Shown piece after piece: positions 52,101 through 64,000 of a stretch of DNA of 64,000 nt. A program made the position numbers and the translations under genes. How positions within the stretch are numbered: the stretch's first letter is position 1; every line of letters starts with the position of its first letter. The notes below the pieces were generated by a model that searched no databases, had not been told where the DNA came from, and saw nothing but the letters and a program-made list of their open reading frames with translations. The DNA is from the human T2T-CHM13v2.0 reference genome, Homo sapiens, in the NCBI RefSeq assembly GCF_009914755.1, contig NC_060937.1. One strand, 5' to 3'.

Positions 52101-55100
52101 AGTGTTTCAAAACTGCTCTATCAATAGAAAGGTTCAACTCTTTTAGTTGAGTACACACATCACAAACAAGTTTCTGAGAATGCTTCTGTCTGGCTTTTAT
52201 TGGAAGACGTTTCCTTTTCACCAAAGGCATCAAAGCGCTCCAAATGTCCACTTCCAGATTCTTCCAAAAGAGTGTTTGAAACGTGCTCAAAGTAAGGGAA
52301 TGTTCAACTCTGTGACTTGAATGCAGATATCACCAAGTAGTTTCTAATAGTGCTTCTGTCTAGATTTTAGATGATGATATTCCCGTTTCCAACAAAATCG
52401 TTAGAGCTATCCAAATATCCACTTACAGTTGCTACAAAAACAGTGTTTCCAAACTGCTGCATCAAAAGAAAGGTTCAACTCTGTTAGTTGAGGACACACG
52501 TCACAAAGAAGTTTGTGAGAATGCTTCTGTCTAGATTTTGTATGACGATATTCCCTTTTCCAACGATATCGTTAAAGCAATCTAAATATCCATTTGCAGA
52601 ATCCACAAAAATAGAGTTTCAAAGCTGCTCTGTAAAAAGAAAGGTTCCACTCTGTTAGCTGAGTACACACATCACAAACTTGTTTCTCAGAATCCTTCTG
52701 TCTCGTTTTTCTGGGAAGATATTTACTTTTTCACCGTAGGCATCAAAGCGCTCCAAATGTCCACATCCAGATACTCCAGAAAGAGTGTTTCAAACCTGCT
52801 CTATGAAAGGGAATCTTCAACTCTATGAGTTGAATGCAGACATCAGAAAGAAATTTCTGAGAATGCTGCTGTCTACCTTTTATTTGAATTCCCGCTTCCA
52901 ACGAAATCCTCCAAGCTATCCAAATATCCACTTGCAGATTCCACAAAAAGAGTGTTTCAAAACTGCTCTCTATCAATGGCAAAGTTCAACTCTGTTAGTT
53001 GAGGACACATATCACCAACAAGTTTCTGAGAATGCTTCTGTCTATTTTTTATGGGAAGATATTTCCTTTTTCACCGTAGGCGTCAAGGCGATCGAAATGT
53101 CCACTTCCACAAACTACAAAAAGAGTGTTTCAAACCTGCTCTATGAAAGGCCATGTTCATCTCTATGAGTCGAATGGAAATATCCGAAAGAAATTTCTGG
53201 GAATGCTGCTGTCTAGTTTTTATACGAATTCCCGCTTCCAACGAAATCCTCAAAGCAATCCAAATATCCACTTGCAGAATCCACAAAAAGAGTGTTTCAA
53301 AACTGCTCTATCAATAGAAAGGTTCAACTCTTTTAGTTGAGTACACACATCACAAACAAGTTTCTGAGAATGCTTCTGTCTGGCTTTTATTGGAAGACGT
53401 TTCCTTTTCACCAAAGGCATCAAAGCGCTCCAAATGTCCACTTCCAGATTCTTCCAAAAGAGTGTTTGAAACGTGCTCAAAGTAAGGGAATGTTCAACTC
53501 TGTGACTTGAATGCAGATATCACCAAGTAGTTTCTAATAGTGCTTCTGTCTAGATTTTAGATGATGATATTCCCGTTTCCAACGAAATCGTTAGAGCTAT
53601 CCAAATATCCACTTACAGTTGCTACAAAAACAGTGTTTCCAAACTGCTGCATCAAAAGAAAGGTTCAACTCTGTTAGTTGAGGACACACGTCACAAAGAA
53701 GTTTGTGAGAATGCTTCTGTCTAGATTTTGTATGACGATATTCCCTTTTCCAACGATATCGTTAAAGCAATCTAAATATCCATTTGCAGAATCCACAAAA
53801 ATAGAGTTTCAAAGCTGCTCTGTAAAAAGAAAGGTTCCACTCTGTTAGCTGAGTACACACATCACAAACTTGTTTCTCAGAATCCTTCTGTCTCGTTTTT
53901 CTGGGAAGATATTTACTTTTTCACCGTAGGCATCAAAGCGCTCCAAATGTCCACATCCAGATACTCCAGAAAGAGTGTTTCAAACCTGCTCTATGAAAGG
54001 GAATCTTCAACTCTATGAGTTGAATGCAGACATCAGAAAGAAATTTCTGAGAATGCTGCTGTCTACCTTTTATTTGAATTCCCGCTTCCAACGAAATCCT
54101 CCAAGCTATCCAAATATCCACTTGCAGATTCCACAAAAAGAGTGTTTCAAAACTGCTCTCTATCAATGGCAAAGTTCAACTCTGTTAGTTGAGGACACAT
54201 ATCACCAACAAGTTTCTGAGAATGCTTCTGTCTATTTTTTATGGGAAGATATTTCCTTTTTCACCGTAGGCGTCAAGGCGATCGAAATGTCCACTTCCAC
54301 AAACTACAAAAAGAGTGTTTCAAACCTGCTCTATGAAAGGCCATGTTCATCTCTATGAGTCGAATGGAAATATCCGAAAGAAATTTCTGGGAATGCTGCT
54401 GTCTAGTTTTTATACGAATTCCCGCTTCCAACGAAATCCTCAAAGCAATCCAAATATCCACTTGCAGAATCCACAAAAAGAGTGTTTCAAAACTGCTCTA
54501 TCAATAGAAAGGTTCAACTCTTTTAGTTGAGTACACACATCACAAACAAGTTTCTGAGAATGCTTCTGTCTGGCTTTTATTGGAAGACGTTTCCTTTTCA
54601 CCAAAGGCATCAAAGCGCTCCAAATGTCCACTTCCAGATTCTTCCAAAAGAGTGTTTGAAACGTGCTCAAAGTAAGGGAATGTTCAACTCTGTGACTTGA
54701 ATGCAGATATCACCAAGTAGTTTCTAATAGTGCTTCTGTCTAGATTTTAGATGATGATATTCCCGTTTCCAACGAAATCGTTAGAGCTATCCAAATATCC
54801 ACTTACAGTTTCTACAAAAAGAGTGTTTCCAAACTGCTGCATCAAAAGAAAGGTTCAACTCTGTTAGTTGAGGACACACATCACAAAGAAGTTTGTGAGA
54901 ATGCTTCTGTCTAGATTTTGTATGACCATATTCCCTTTTCCAGCGATATCATTAAAGCAATCTAAATATCCATTTGCAGAATCCACAAAAATAGAGTTTC
55001 AAAGCTGCTCTGTAAAAAGAAAGGTTCCACTCTGTTAGCTGAGTACACACATCACAAACTTGTTTCTCAGAATCCTTCTGTCTCGTTTTTCTGGGAAGAT

Positions 55101-58100
55101 ATTTACTTTTTCACCGTAGGCATCAAAGCGCTCCAAATGTCCACATCCAGATACTCCAGAAAGAGTGTTTCAAACCTGCTCTATGAAAGGGAATCTTCAA
55201 CTCTATGAGTTGAATGCAGACATCAGAAAGAAATTTCTGAGAATGCTGCTGTCTACCTTTTATTTGAATTCCCGCTTCCAACGAAATCCTCCAAGCTATC
55301 CAAATATCCACCTGCATTTTCCACAAAAAGAGCGTTTCAAAACTGCTCTATCAATAGAAATGTTCAACTCCTTTGGCTGGGTACACACATCACAAACAAG
55401 TTTCTGAGAATGCTTCTGTCTAGTTTTTATGGGAAGACATTCCCTTTTTCACCAAAGGCATCAAAGCGCTCCAAATGTCCACTTCCAGACACTACAAAAA
55501 GAGTGTTTCCAACGTGCTCTAAGAAAGCGAATGTTCAACTCTGTGACTTGAATGCAGATATCACAAAGTAGTTTCTGAGAGGGCTTCTGTCTAGATTTTA
55601 GATGATGATATTCCCGTTTCCAACGAAATCATTAGAGCTATCCAAATATCCACTTACAGTTTCTACAAAAAGAGTGTTTCCAAACTGCTGCATCAAAAGA
55701 GAGGTTCCACTCTGTTAGCTGAGTACACACATCACAAACTTGTTTCTCAGAATCCTTCTGTCTCGTTTTTCTGGGAAGATATTTACTTTTTCACCGTAGG
55801 CATCAAAGCGCTCCAAATGTCCACATCCAGATACTCCAGAAAGAGTGTTTCAAACCTGCTCTATGAAAGGGAATCTTCAACTCTATGAGTTGAATGCAGA
55901 CATCAGAAAGAAATTTCTGAGAATGCTGCTGTCTACCTTTTATTTGAATTCCCGCTTCCAACGAAATCCTCCAAGCTATCCAAATATCCACTTGCAGATT
56001 CCACAAAAAGAGTGTTTCAAAACTGCTCTCTATCAATGGCAAAGTTCAACTCTGTTAGTTGAGGACACATATCACCAACAAGTTTCTGAGAATGCTTCTG
56101 TCTATTTTTTATGGGAAGATATTTCCTTTTTCACCGTAGGCGTCAAGGCGATCGAAATGTCCACTTCCACAAACTACAAAAAGAGTGTTTCAAACCTGCT
56201 CTATGAAAGGCCATGTTCATCTCTATGAGTCGAATGGAAATATCCGAAAGAAATTTCTGGGAATGCTGCTGTCTAGTTTTTATACGAATTCCCGCTTCCA
56301 ACGAAATCCTCAAAGCAATCCAAATATCCACTTGCAGAATCCACAAAAAGAGTGTTTCAAAACTGCTCTATCAATAGAAAGGTTCAACTCTTTTAGTTGA
56401 GTACACACATCACAAACAAGTTTCTGAGAATGCTTCTGTCTGGCTTTTATTGGAAGACGTTTCCTTTTCACCAAAGGCATCAAAGCGCTCCAAATGTCCA
56501 CTTCCAGATTCTTCCAAAAGAGTGTTTGAAACGTGCTCAAAGTAAGGGAATGTTCAACTCTGTGACTTGAATGCAGATATCACCAAGTAGTTTCTAATAG
56601 TGCTTCTGTCTAGATTTTAGATGATGATATTCCCGTTTCCAACGAAATCGTTAGAGCTATCCAAATATCCACTTACAGTTGCTACAAAAACAGTGTTTCC
56701 AAACTGCTGCATCAAAAGAAAGGTTCAACTCTGTTAGTTGAGGACACACGTCACAAAGAAGTTTGTGAGAATGCTTCTGTCTAGATTTTGTATGACGATA
56801 TTCCCTTTTCCAACGATATCGTTAAAGCAATCTAAATATCCATTTGCAGAATCCACAAAAATAGAGTTTCAAAGCTGCTCTGTAAAAAGAAAGGTTCCAC
56901 TCTGTTAGCTGAGTACACACATCACAAACTTGTTTCTCAGAATCCTTCTGTCTCGTTTTTATGGGAAGATATTTACTTTTTCACCGTAGGCATCAAAGCG
57001 CTCCAAATGTCCACATCCAGATACTCCAGAAAGAGTGTTTCAAACCTGCTCTATGAAAGGGAATCTTCAACTCTATGAGTTGAATGCAGACATCAGAAAG
57101 AAATTTCTGAGAATGCTGCTGTCTACCTTTTATTTGAATTCCCGCTTCCAACGAAATCCTCCAAGCTATCCAAATATCCACTTGCAGATTCCACAAAAAG
57201 AGTGTTTCAAAACTGCTCTCTATCAATGGCAAAGTTCAACTCTGTTAGTTGAGGACACATATCACCAACAAGTTTCTGAGAATGCTTCTGTCTATTTTTT
57301 ATGGGAAGATATTTCCTTTTTCACCGTAGGCGTCAAGGCGATCGAAATGTCCACTTCCACAAACTACAAAAAGAGTGTTTCAAACCTGCTCTATGAAAGG
57401 CCATGTTCATCTCTATGAGTCGAATGGAAATATCCGAAAGAAATTTCTGGGAATGCTGCTGTCTAGTTTTTATACGAATTCCCGCTTCCAACGAAATCCT
57501 CAAAGCAATCCAAATATCCACTTGCAGAATCCACAAAAAGAGTGTTTCAAAACTGCTCTATCAATAGAAAGGTTCAACTCTTTTAGTTGAGTACACACAT
57601 CACAAACAAGTTTCTGAGAATGCTTCTGTCTGGCTTTTATTGGAAGACGTTTCCTTTTCACCAAAGGCATCAAAGCGCTCCAAATGTCCACTTCCAGATT
57701 CTTCCAAAAGAGTGTTTGAAACGTGCTCAAAGTAAGGGAATGTTCAACTCTGTGACTTGAATGCAGATATCACCAAGTAGTTTCTAATAGTGCTTCTGTC
57801 TAGATTTTAGATGATGATATTCCCGTTTCCAACGAAATCGTTAGAGCTATCCAAATATCCACTTACAGTTTCTACAAAAAGAGTGTTTCCAAACTGCTGC
57901 ATCAAAAGAAAGGTTCAACTCTGTTAGTTGAGGACACACATCACAAAGAAGTTTGTGAGAATGCTTCTGTCTAGATTTTGTATGACCATATTCCCTTTCC
58001 CAGCGATATCATTAAAGCAATCTAAATATCCATTTGCAGAATCCACAAAAATAGAGTTTCAAAGCTGCTCTGTAAAAAGAAAGGTTCCACTCTGTTAGCT

Positions 58101-61100
58101 GAGTACACACATCACAAACTTGTTTCTGAGAATCCTTCTGTCTCGTTTTTATGGGAAGATATTTACTTTTTCACCGTAGGCATCAAAGCGCTCCAAATGT
58201 CCACATCCAGATACTCCAGAAAGAGTGTTTCAAACCTGCTCTATGAAAGGGAATCTTCAACTCTATGAGTTGAATGCAGACATCAGAAAGAAATTTCTGA
58301 GAATGCTGCTGTCTACCTTTTATTTGAACTCCCGCTTCCAACGAAATCCTCCAAGCTATCCAAATATCCACTTGCATTTTCCACAAAAAGAGTGCTTCAA
58401 AACTGCTCTATCAATAAATGTTCAACTCCTTTAGCTGGGTGCACACATCACAAACAAGTTTCTGAGAATGCTTCTGTCTAGTTTTTATGGGAAGACATTC
58501 CCTTTTTCACCAAAGGCATCAAAGCGCTCCAAATGTCCACTTCCAGACACTACAAAAAGAGTGTTTCCAACGTGCTCTAAGAAAGCGAATGTTCAACTCT
58601 GTGACTTGAATGCAGATATCACAAAGTAGTTTCTGAGAGGGCTTCTGTCTAGATTTTAGATGATGATATTCCCGTTTCCAACGAAATCATTAGAGCTATC
58701 CAAATATCCACTTACAGTTTCTACAAAAAGAGTGTTTCCAAACTGCTGCATCAAAAGAGAGGTTCCACTCTGTTAGCTGAGTACACACATCACAAACTTG
58801 TTTCTCAGAATCCTTCTGTCTCGTTTTTCTGGGAAGATATTTACTTTTTCACCGTAGGCATCAAAGCGCTCCAAATGTCCACATCCAGATACTCCAGAAA
58901 GAGTGTTTCAAACCTGCTCTATGAAAGGGAATCTTCAACTCTATGAGTTGAATGCAGACATCAGAAAGAAATTTCTGAGAATGCTGCTGTCTACCTTTTA
59001 TTTGAATTCCCGCTTCCAACGAAATCCTCCAAGCTATCCAAATATCCACTTGCAGATTCCACAAAAAGAGTGTTTCAAAACTGCTCTCTATCAATGGCAA
59101 AGTTCAACTCTGTTAGTTGAGGACACATATCACCAACAAGTTTCTGAGAATGCTTCTGTCTATTTTTTATGGGAAGATATTTCCTTTTTCACCGTAGGCG
59201 TCAAGGCGATCGAAATGTCCACTTCCACAAACTACAAAAAGAGTGTTTCAAACCTGCTCTATGAAAGGCCATGTTCATCTCTATGAGTCGAATGGAAATA
59301 TCCGAAAGAAATTTCTGGGAATGCTGCTGTCTAGTTTTTATACGAATTCCCGCTTCCAACGAAATCCTCAAAGCAATCCAAATATCCACTTGCAGAATCC
59401 ACAAAAAGAGTGTTTCAAAACTGCTCTATCAATAGAAAGGTTCAACTCTTTTAGTTGAGTACACACATCACAAACAAGTTTCTGAGAATGCTTCTGTCTG
59501 GCTTTTATTGGAAGACGTTTCCTTTTCACCAAAGGCATCAAAGCGCTCCAAATGTCCACTTCCAGATTCTTCCAAAAGAGTGTTTGAAACGTGCTCAAAG
59601 TAAGGGAATGTTCAACTCTGTGACTTGAATGCAGATATCACCAAGTAGTTTCTAATAGTGCTTCTGTCTAGATTTTAGATGATGATATTCCCGTTTCCAA
59701 CGAAATCGTTAGAGCTATCCAAATATCCACTTACAGTTGCTACAAAAACAGTGTTTCCAAACTGCTGCATCAAAAGAAAGGTTCAACTCTGTTAGTTGAG
59801 GACACACGTCACAAAGAAGTTTGTGAGAATGCTTCTGTCTAGATTTTGTATGACGATATTCCCTTTTCCAACGATATCGTTAAAGCAATCTAAATATCCA
59901 TTTGCAGAATCCACAAAAATAGAGTTTCAAAGCTGCTCTGTAAAAAGAAAGGTTCCACTCTGTTAGCTGAGTACACACATCACAAACTTGTTTCTCAGAA
60001 TCCTTCTGTCTCGTTTTTATGGGAAGATATTTACTTTTTCACCGTAGGCATCAAAGCGCTCCAAATGTCCACATCCAGATACTCCAGAAAGAGTGTTTCA
60101 AACCTGCTCTATGAAAGGGAATCTTCAACTCTATGAGTTGAATGCAGACATCAGAAAGAAATTTCTGAGAATGCTGCTGTCTACCTTTTATTTGAATTCC
60201 CGCTTCCAACGAAATCCTCCAAGCTATCCAAATATCCACTTGCAGATTCCACAAAAAGAGTGTTTCAAAACTGCTCTCTATCAATGGCAAAGTTCAACTC
60301 TGTTAGTTGAGGACACATATCACCAACAAGTTTCTGAGAATGCTTCTGTCTATTTTTTATGGGAAGATATTTCCTTTTTCACCGTAGGCGTCAAGGCGAT
60401 CGAAATGTCCACTTCCACAAACTACAAAAAGAGTGTTTCAAACCTGCTCTATGAAAGGCCATGTTCATCTCTATGAGTCGAATGGAAATATCCGAAAGAA
60501 ATTTCTGGGAATGCTGCTGTCTAGTTTTTATACGAATTCCCGCTTCCAACGAAATCCTCAAAGCAATCCAAATATCCACTTGCAGAATCCACAAAAAGAG
60601 TGTTTCAAAACTGCTCTATCAATAGAAAGGTTCAACTCTTTTAGTTGAGTACACACATCACAAACAAGTTTCTGAGAATGCTTCTGTCTGGCTTTTATTG
60701 GAAGACGTTTCCTTTTCACCAAAGGCATCAAAGCGCTCCAAATGTCCACTTCCAGATTCTTCCAAAAGAGTGTTTGAAACGTGCTCAAAGTAAGGGAATG
60801 TTCAACTCTGTGACTTGAATGCAGATATCACCAAGTAGTTTCTAATAGTGCTTCTGTCTAGATTTTAGATGATGATATTCCCGTTTCCAACGAAATCGTT
60901 AGAGCTATCCAAATATCCACTTACAGTTTCTACAAAAAGAGTGTTTCCAAACTGCTGCATCAAAAGAAAGGTTCAACTCTGTTAGTTGAGGACACACATC
61001 ACAAAGAAGTTTGTGAGAATGCTTCTGTCTAGATTTTGTATGACCATATTCCCTTTTCCAGCGATATCATTAAAGCAATCTAAATATCCATTTGCAGAAT

Positions 61101-63907
61101 CCACAAAAATAGAGTTTCAAAGCTGCTCTGTAAAAAGAAAGGTTCCACTCTGTTAGCTGAGTACACACATCACAAACTTGTTTCTCAGAATCCTTCTGTC
61201 TCGTTTTTCTGGGAAGATATTTACTTTTTCACCGTAGGCATCAAAGCGCTCCAAATGTCCACATCCAGATACTCCAGAAAGAGTGTTTCAAACCTGCTCT
61301 ATGAAAGGGAATCTTCAACTCTATGAGTTGAATGCAGACATCAGAAAGAAATTTCTGAGAATGCTGCTGTCTACCTTTTATTTGAATTCCCGCTTCCAAC
61401 GAAATCCTCCAAGCTATCCAAATATCCACCTGCATTTTCCACAAAAAGAGCGTTTCAAAACTGCTCTATCAATAGAAATGTTCAACTCCTTTGGCTGGGT
61501 ACACACATCACAAACAAGTTTCTGAGAATGCTTCTGTCTAGTTTTTATGGGAAGACATTCCCTTTTTCACCAAAGGCATCAAAGCGCTCCAAATGTCCAC
61601 TTCCAGACACTACAAAAAGAGTGTTTCCAACGTGCTCTAAGAAAGCGAATGTTCAACTCTGTGACTTGAATGCAGATATCACAAAGTAGTTTCTGAGAGG
61701 GCTTCTGTCTAGATTTTAGATGATGATATTCCCGTTTCCAACGAAATCATTAGAGCTATCCAAATATCCACTTACAGTTTCTACAAAAAGAGTGTTTCCA
61801 AACTGCTGCATCAAAAGAGAGGTTCCACTCTGTTAGCTGAGTACACACATCACAAACTTGTTTCTCAGAATCCTTCTGTCTCGTTTTTCTGGGAAGATAT
61901 TTACTTTTTCACCGTAGGCATCAAAGCGCTCCAAATGTCCACATCCAGATACTCCAGAAAGAGTGTTTCAAACCTGCTCTATGAAAGGGAATCTTCAACT
62001 CTATGAGTTGAATGCAGACATCAGAAAGAAATTTCTGAGAATGCTGCTGTCTACCTTTTATTTGAATTCCCGCTTCCAACGAAATCCTCCAAGCTATCCA
62101 AATATCCACTTGCAGATTCCACAAAAAGAGTGTTTCAAAACTGCTCTCTATCAATGGCAAAGTTCAACTCTGTTAGTTGAGGACACATATCACCAACAAG
62201 TTTCTGAGAATGCTTCTGTCTATTTTTTATGGGAAGATATTTCCTTTTTCACCGTAGGCGTCAAGGCGATCGAAATGTCCACTTCCACAAACTACAAAAA
62301 GAGTGTTTCAAACCTGCTCTATGAAAGGCCATGTTCATCTCTATGAGTCGAATGGAAATATCCGAAAGAAATTTCTGGGAATGCTGCTGTCTAGTTTTTA
62401 TACGAATTCCCGCTTCCAACGAAATCCTCAAAGCAATCCAAATATCCACTTGCAGAATCCACAAAAAGAGTGTTTCAAAACTGCTCTATCAATAGAAAGG
62501 TTCAACTCTTTTAGTTGAGTACACACATCACAAACAAGTTTCTGTTAATGCTTCTGTCTGGCTTTTATTGGAAGACGTTTCCTTTTCACCAAAGGCATCA
62601 AAGCGCTCCAAATGTCCACTTCCAGATTCTTCCAAAAGAGTGTTTGAAACGTGCTCAAAGTAAGGGAATGTTCAACTCTGTGACTTGAATGCAGATATCA
62701 CCAAGTAGTTTCTAATAGTGCTTCTGTCTAGATTTTAGATGATGATATTCCCGTTTCCAACGAAATCGTTAGAGGTATCCAAATATCCACTTACAGTTGC
62801 TACAAAAACAGTGTTTCCAAACTGCTGCATCAAAAGAAAGGTTCAACTCTGTTAGTTGAGGACACACGTCACAAAGGGTGTTTGTGAGAATGCTTCTGTC
62901 TAGATTTTGTATGACGATATTCCCTTTTCCAACGATATCGTTAAAGCAATCTAAATATCCATTTGCAGAATCCACAAAAATAGAGTTTCAAAGCTGCTCT
63001 GTAAAAAGAAAGGTTCCACTCTGTTAGCTGAGTACACACATCACAAACTTGTTTCTCAGAATCCTTCTGTCTCGTTTTTATGGGAAGATATTTACTTTTT
63101 CACCGTAGGCATCAAAGCGCTCCAAATGTCCACATCCAGATACTCCAGAAAGAGTGTTTCAAACCTGCTCTATGAAAGGGAATCTTCAACTCTATGAGTT
63201 GAATGCAGACATCAGAAAGAAATTTCTGAGAATGCTGCTGTCTACCTTTTATTTGAATTCCCGCTTCCAACGAAATCCTCCAAGCTATCCAAATATCCAC
63301 TTGCAGATTCCACAAAAAGAGTGTTTCAAAACTGCTCTCTATCAATGGCAAAGTTCAACTCTGTTAGTTGAGGACACATATCACCAACAAGTTTCTGAGA
63401 ATGCTTCTGTCTATTTTTTATGGGAAGATATTTCCTTTTTCACCGTAGGCGTCAAGGCGATCGAAATGTCCACTTCCACAAACTACAAAAAGAGTGTTTC
63501 AAACCTGCTCTATGAAAGGCCATGTTCATCTCTATGAGTCGAATGGAAATATCCGAAAGAAATTTCTGGGAATGCTGCTGTCTAGTTTTTATACGAATTC
63601 CCGCTTCCAACGAAATCCTCAAAGCAATCCAAATATCCACTTGCAGAATCCACAAAAAGAGTGTTTCAAAACTGCTCTATCAATAGAAAGGTTCAACTCT
63701 TTTAGTTGAGTACACACATCACAAACAAGTTTCTGAGAATGCTTCTGTCTGGCTTTTATTGGAAGACGTTTCCTTTTCACCAAAGGCATCAAAGCGCTCC
63801 AAATGTCCACTTCCAGATTCTTCCAAAAGAGTGTTTGAAACGTGCTCAAAGTAAGGGAATGTTCAACTCTGTGACTTGAATGCAGATATCACCAAGTAGT
63901 TTCTAAT
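43171..63907 (-). repeat. Mixed block: 7 (43171), 7 (44361), 11A (45551), 7 (47421), 11B (48611), 11A (50479), 7 (52349), 7 (53539), 11A (54729), 7 (56599), 11B (57789), 7 (59657), 11A (60847), 7 (62717; 1191 bp)
   Basis: Unit-start spacing and diagnostic SNVs; the last unit has a net +1 bp change at 62877-62879. Confidence 0.93.
52381..52397 (-). other. Mutated CENP-B box (core TTCG changed to TTTG)
   Basis: Plus strand TCCCGTTTCCAACAAAA; G>A at 52394 relative to the other copies. Confidence 0.9.
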
Positions 63908-64000
63908 AGTGCTTCTGTCTAGATTTTAGATGATGATATTCCCGTTTCCAACGAAATCGTTAGAGCTATCCAAATATCCACTTACAGTTTCTACAAAAAG
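63908..64000 (-). repeat. Partial HOR truncated by the window edge (CENP-B box at 63940-63956)
   Basis: Unit-start motif at 63908; TTTCTACAAAAAG carries the 11-mer-type alleles. Confidence 0.85.

Larger units (their letters stand above)
1..64000 (-). repeat. Centromeric alpha-satellite higher-order repeat array, D13Z1/D21Z1-like (S2C13/21H1L, SF2)
   Basis: Seen: ~170-bp monomers with alphoid motifs (CAAAAAGAGTGTTTCAAAACTGCTC, TTCAACTCTGTGACTTGAATGCA, TTTCTGAGAATGCTTCTGTCTAG); near-identical units of 1190/1870/1868/2550 bp; EcoRI sites at 538 and 878 giving 340+850 bp, plus a 680-bp fragment in 11A units. Knowledge: an 1870-bp 11-mer with a 680-bp EcoRI fragment (alphaRI-680) and 5 CENP-B boxes is the chr13/21 family. 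Alpha-satellite identity is essentially certain; the family assignment is from recall (about 0.85). Confidence 0.97.

Noticed and set aside
6992-57999. Isolated singleton SNVs (6992, 16874, 38846, 43809, 57999)
   Set aside because: They are ordinary background variation in a HOR array with no pattern beyond serving as mapping markers.
62769-62975. Unique 68-aa ORF found only once in the ORF track
   Set aside because: It is created by the +1 bp change at 62877-62879 joining two frames of the satellite; there is no evidence of coding function.
395-63849. Hundreds of 67-127 aa ORFs on both strands (e.g. 437-820, 127 aa)
   Set aside because: They recur with the satellite period and overlap on opposite strands. 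The plus-strand ones begin at GTG inside the alphoid motif GAGTGTTTCAAA. None resembles a protein family I recognise, and some copies are broken by SNVs (stops created at 43809 and 17325). They are chance ORFs in satellite DNA.
1-64000. CRISPR-like or other prokaryotic repeat-spacer system
   Set aside because: There are no unique spacers: the sequence between conserved motifs is itself repeated. There are no cas-like ORFs, and the repeat is recognisable alpha-satellite.
1-64000. Transposon insertion (L1/Alu), inversion or array boundary
   Set aside because: Unit lengths sum exactly to 63907 bp plus a 93-bp partial unit, leaving no room for foreign sequence. Orientation is constant and no poly-A tails were seen.
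1-64000. Assignment to D8Z2 or D9Z4, which also have 7/11/15-mer variants
   Set aside because: The 680/340/850-bp EcoRI pattern and the TGATGTGTGTACCCAGC motif fit the chr13/21 family better by recall. This is not excluded without an HMM or BLAST search (e.g. HumAS-HMMER).

Overview
The whole 64 kb is primate (very probably human) centromeric alpha-satellite: about 376 complete ~170-bp monomers in one orientation, with CENP-B boxes reading on the minus strand. I saw no gene, RNA gene, transposon insertion, inversion or unique sequence, and all listed ORFs are by-products of the repeat. Taking AGTGCTTCTGTCTAGATTTTAGATG as the unit start, the window parses exactly into 40 higher-order repeats (HORs) plus a 93-bp partial unit. 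These are 17 7-mers (1190 bp; one is 1191), 15 11-mers of type A (1870 bp), 7 11-mers of type B (1868 bp) and one 15-mer (2550 bp). Order: 7,7,7,7,7,11A,7,11B,11A,7,11A,11A,7,7,11B,11B,11A,15,11A,11A,11B,11A,11B,11A,11A,11A,7,7,11A,7,11B,11A,7,7,11A,7,11B,7,11A,7. The 1870-bp 11-mer with EcoRI fragments of 680+340+850 bp and five CENP-B boxes fits the D13Z1/D21Z1 (S2C13/21H1L, suprachromosomal family 2) active array; I cannot firmly choose between chr13 and chr21. I found no new gene system. The interesting content is array evolution: an internal 290-bp direct repeat that explains the 7/11/15 ladder, linked SNV haplotypes and their recombinants, super-HOR duplications, one disrupted CENP-B box and clustered private mutations. 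All comparisons were made by eye, so the SNV lists may be incomplete.
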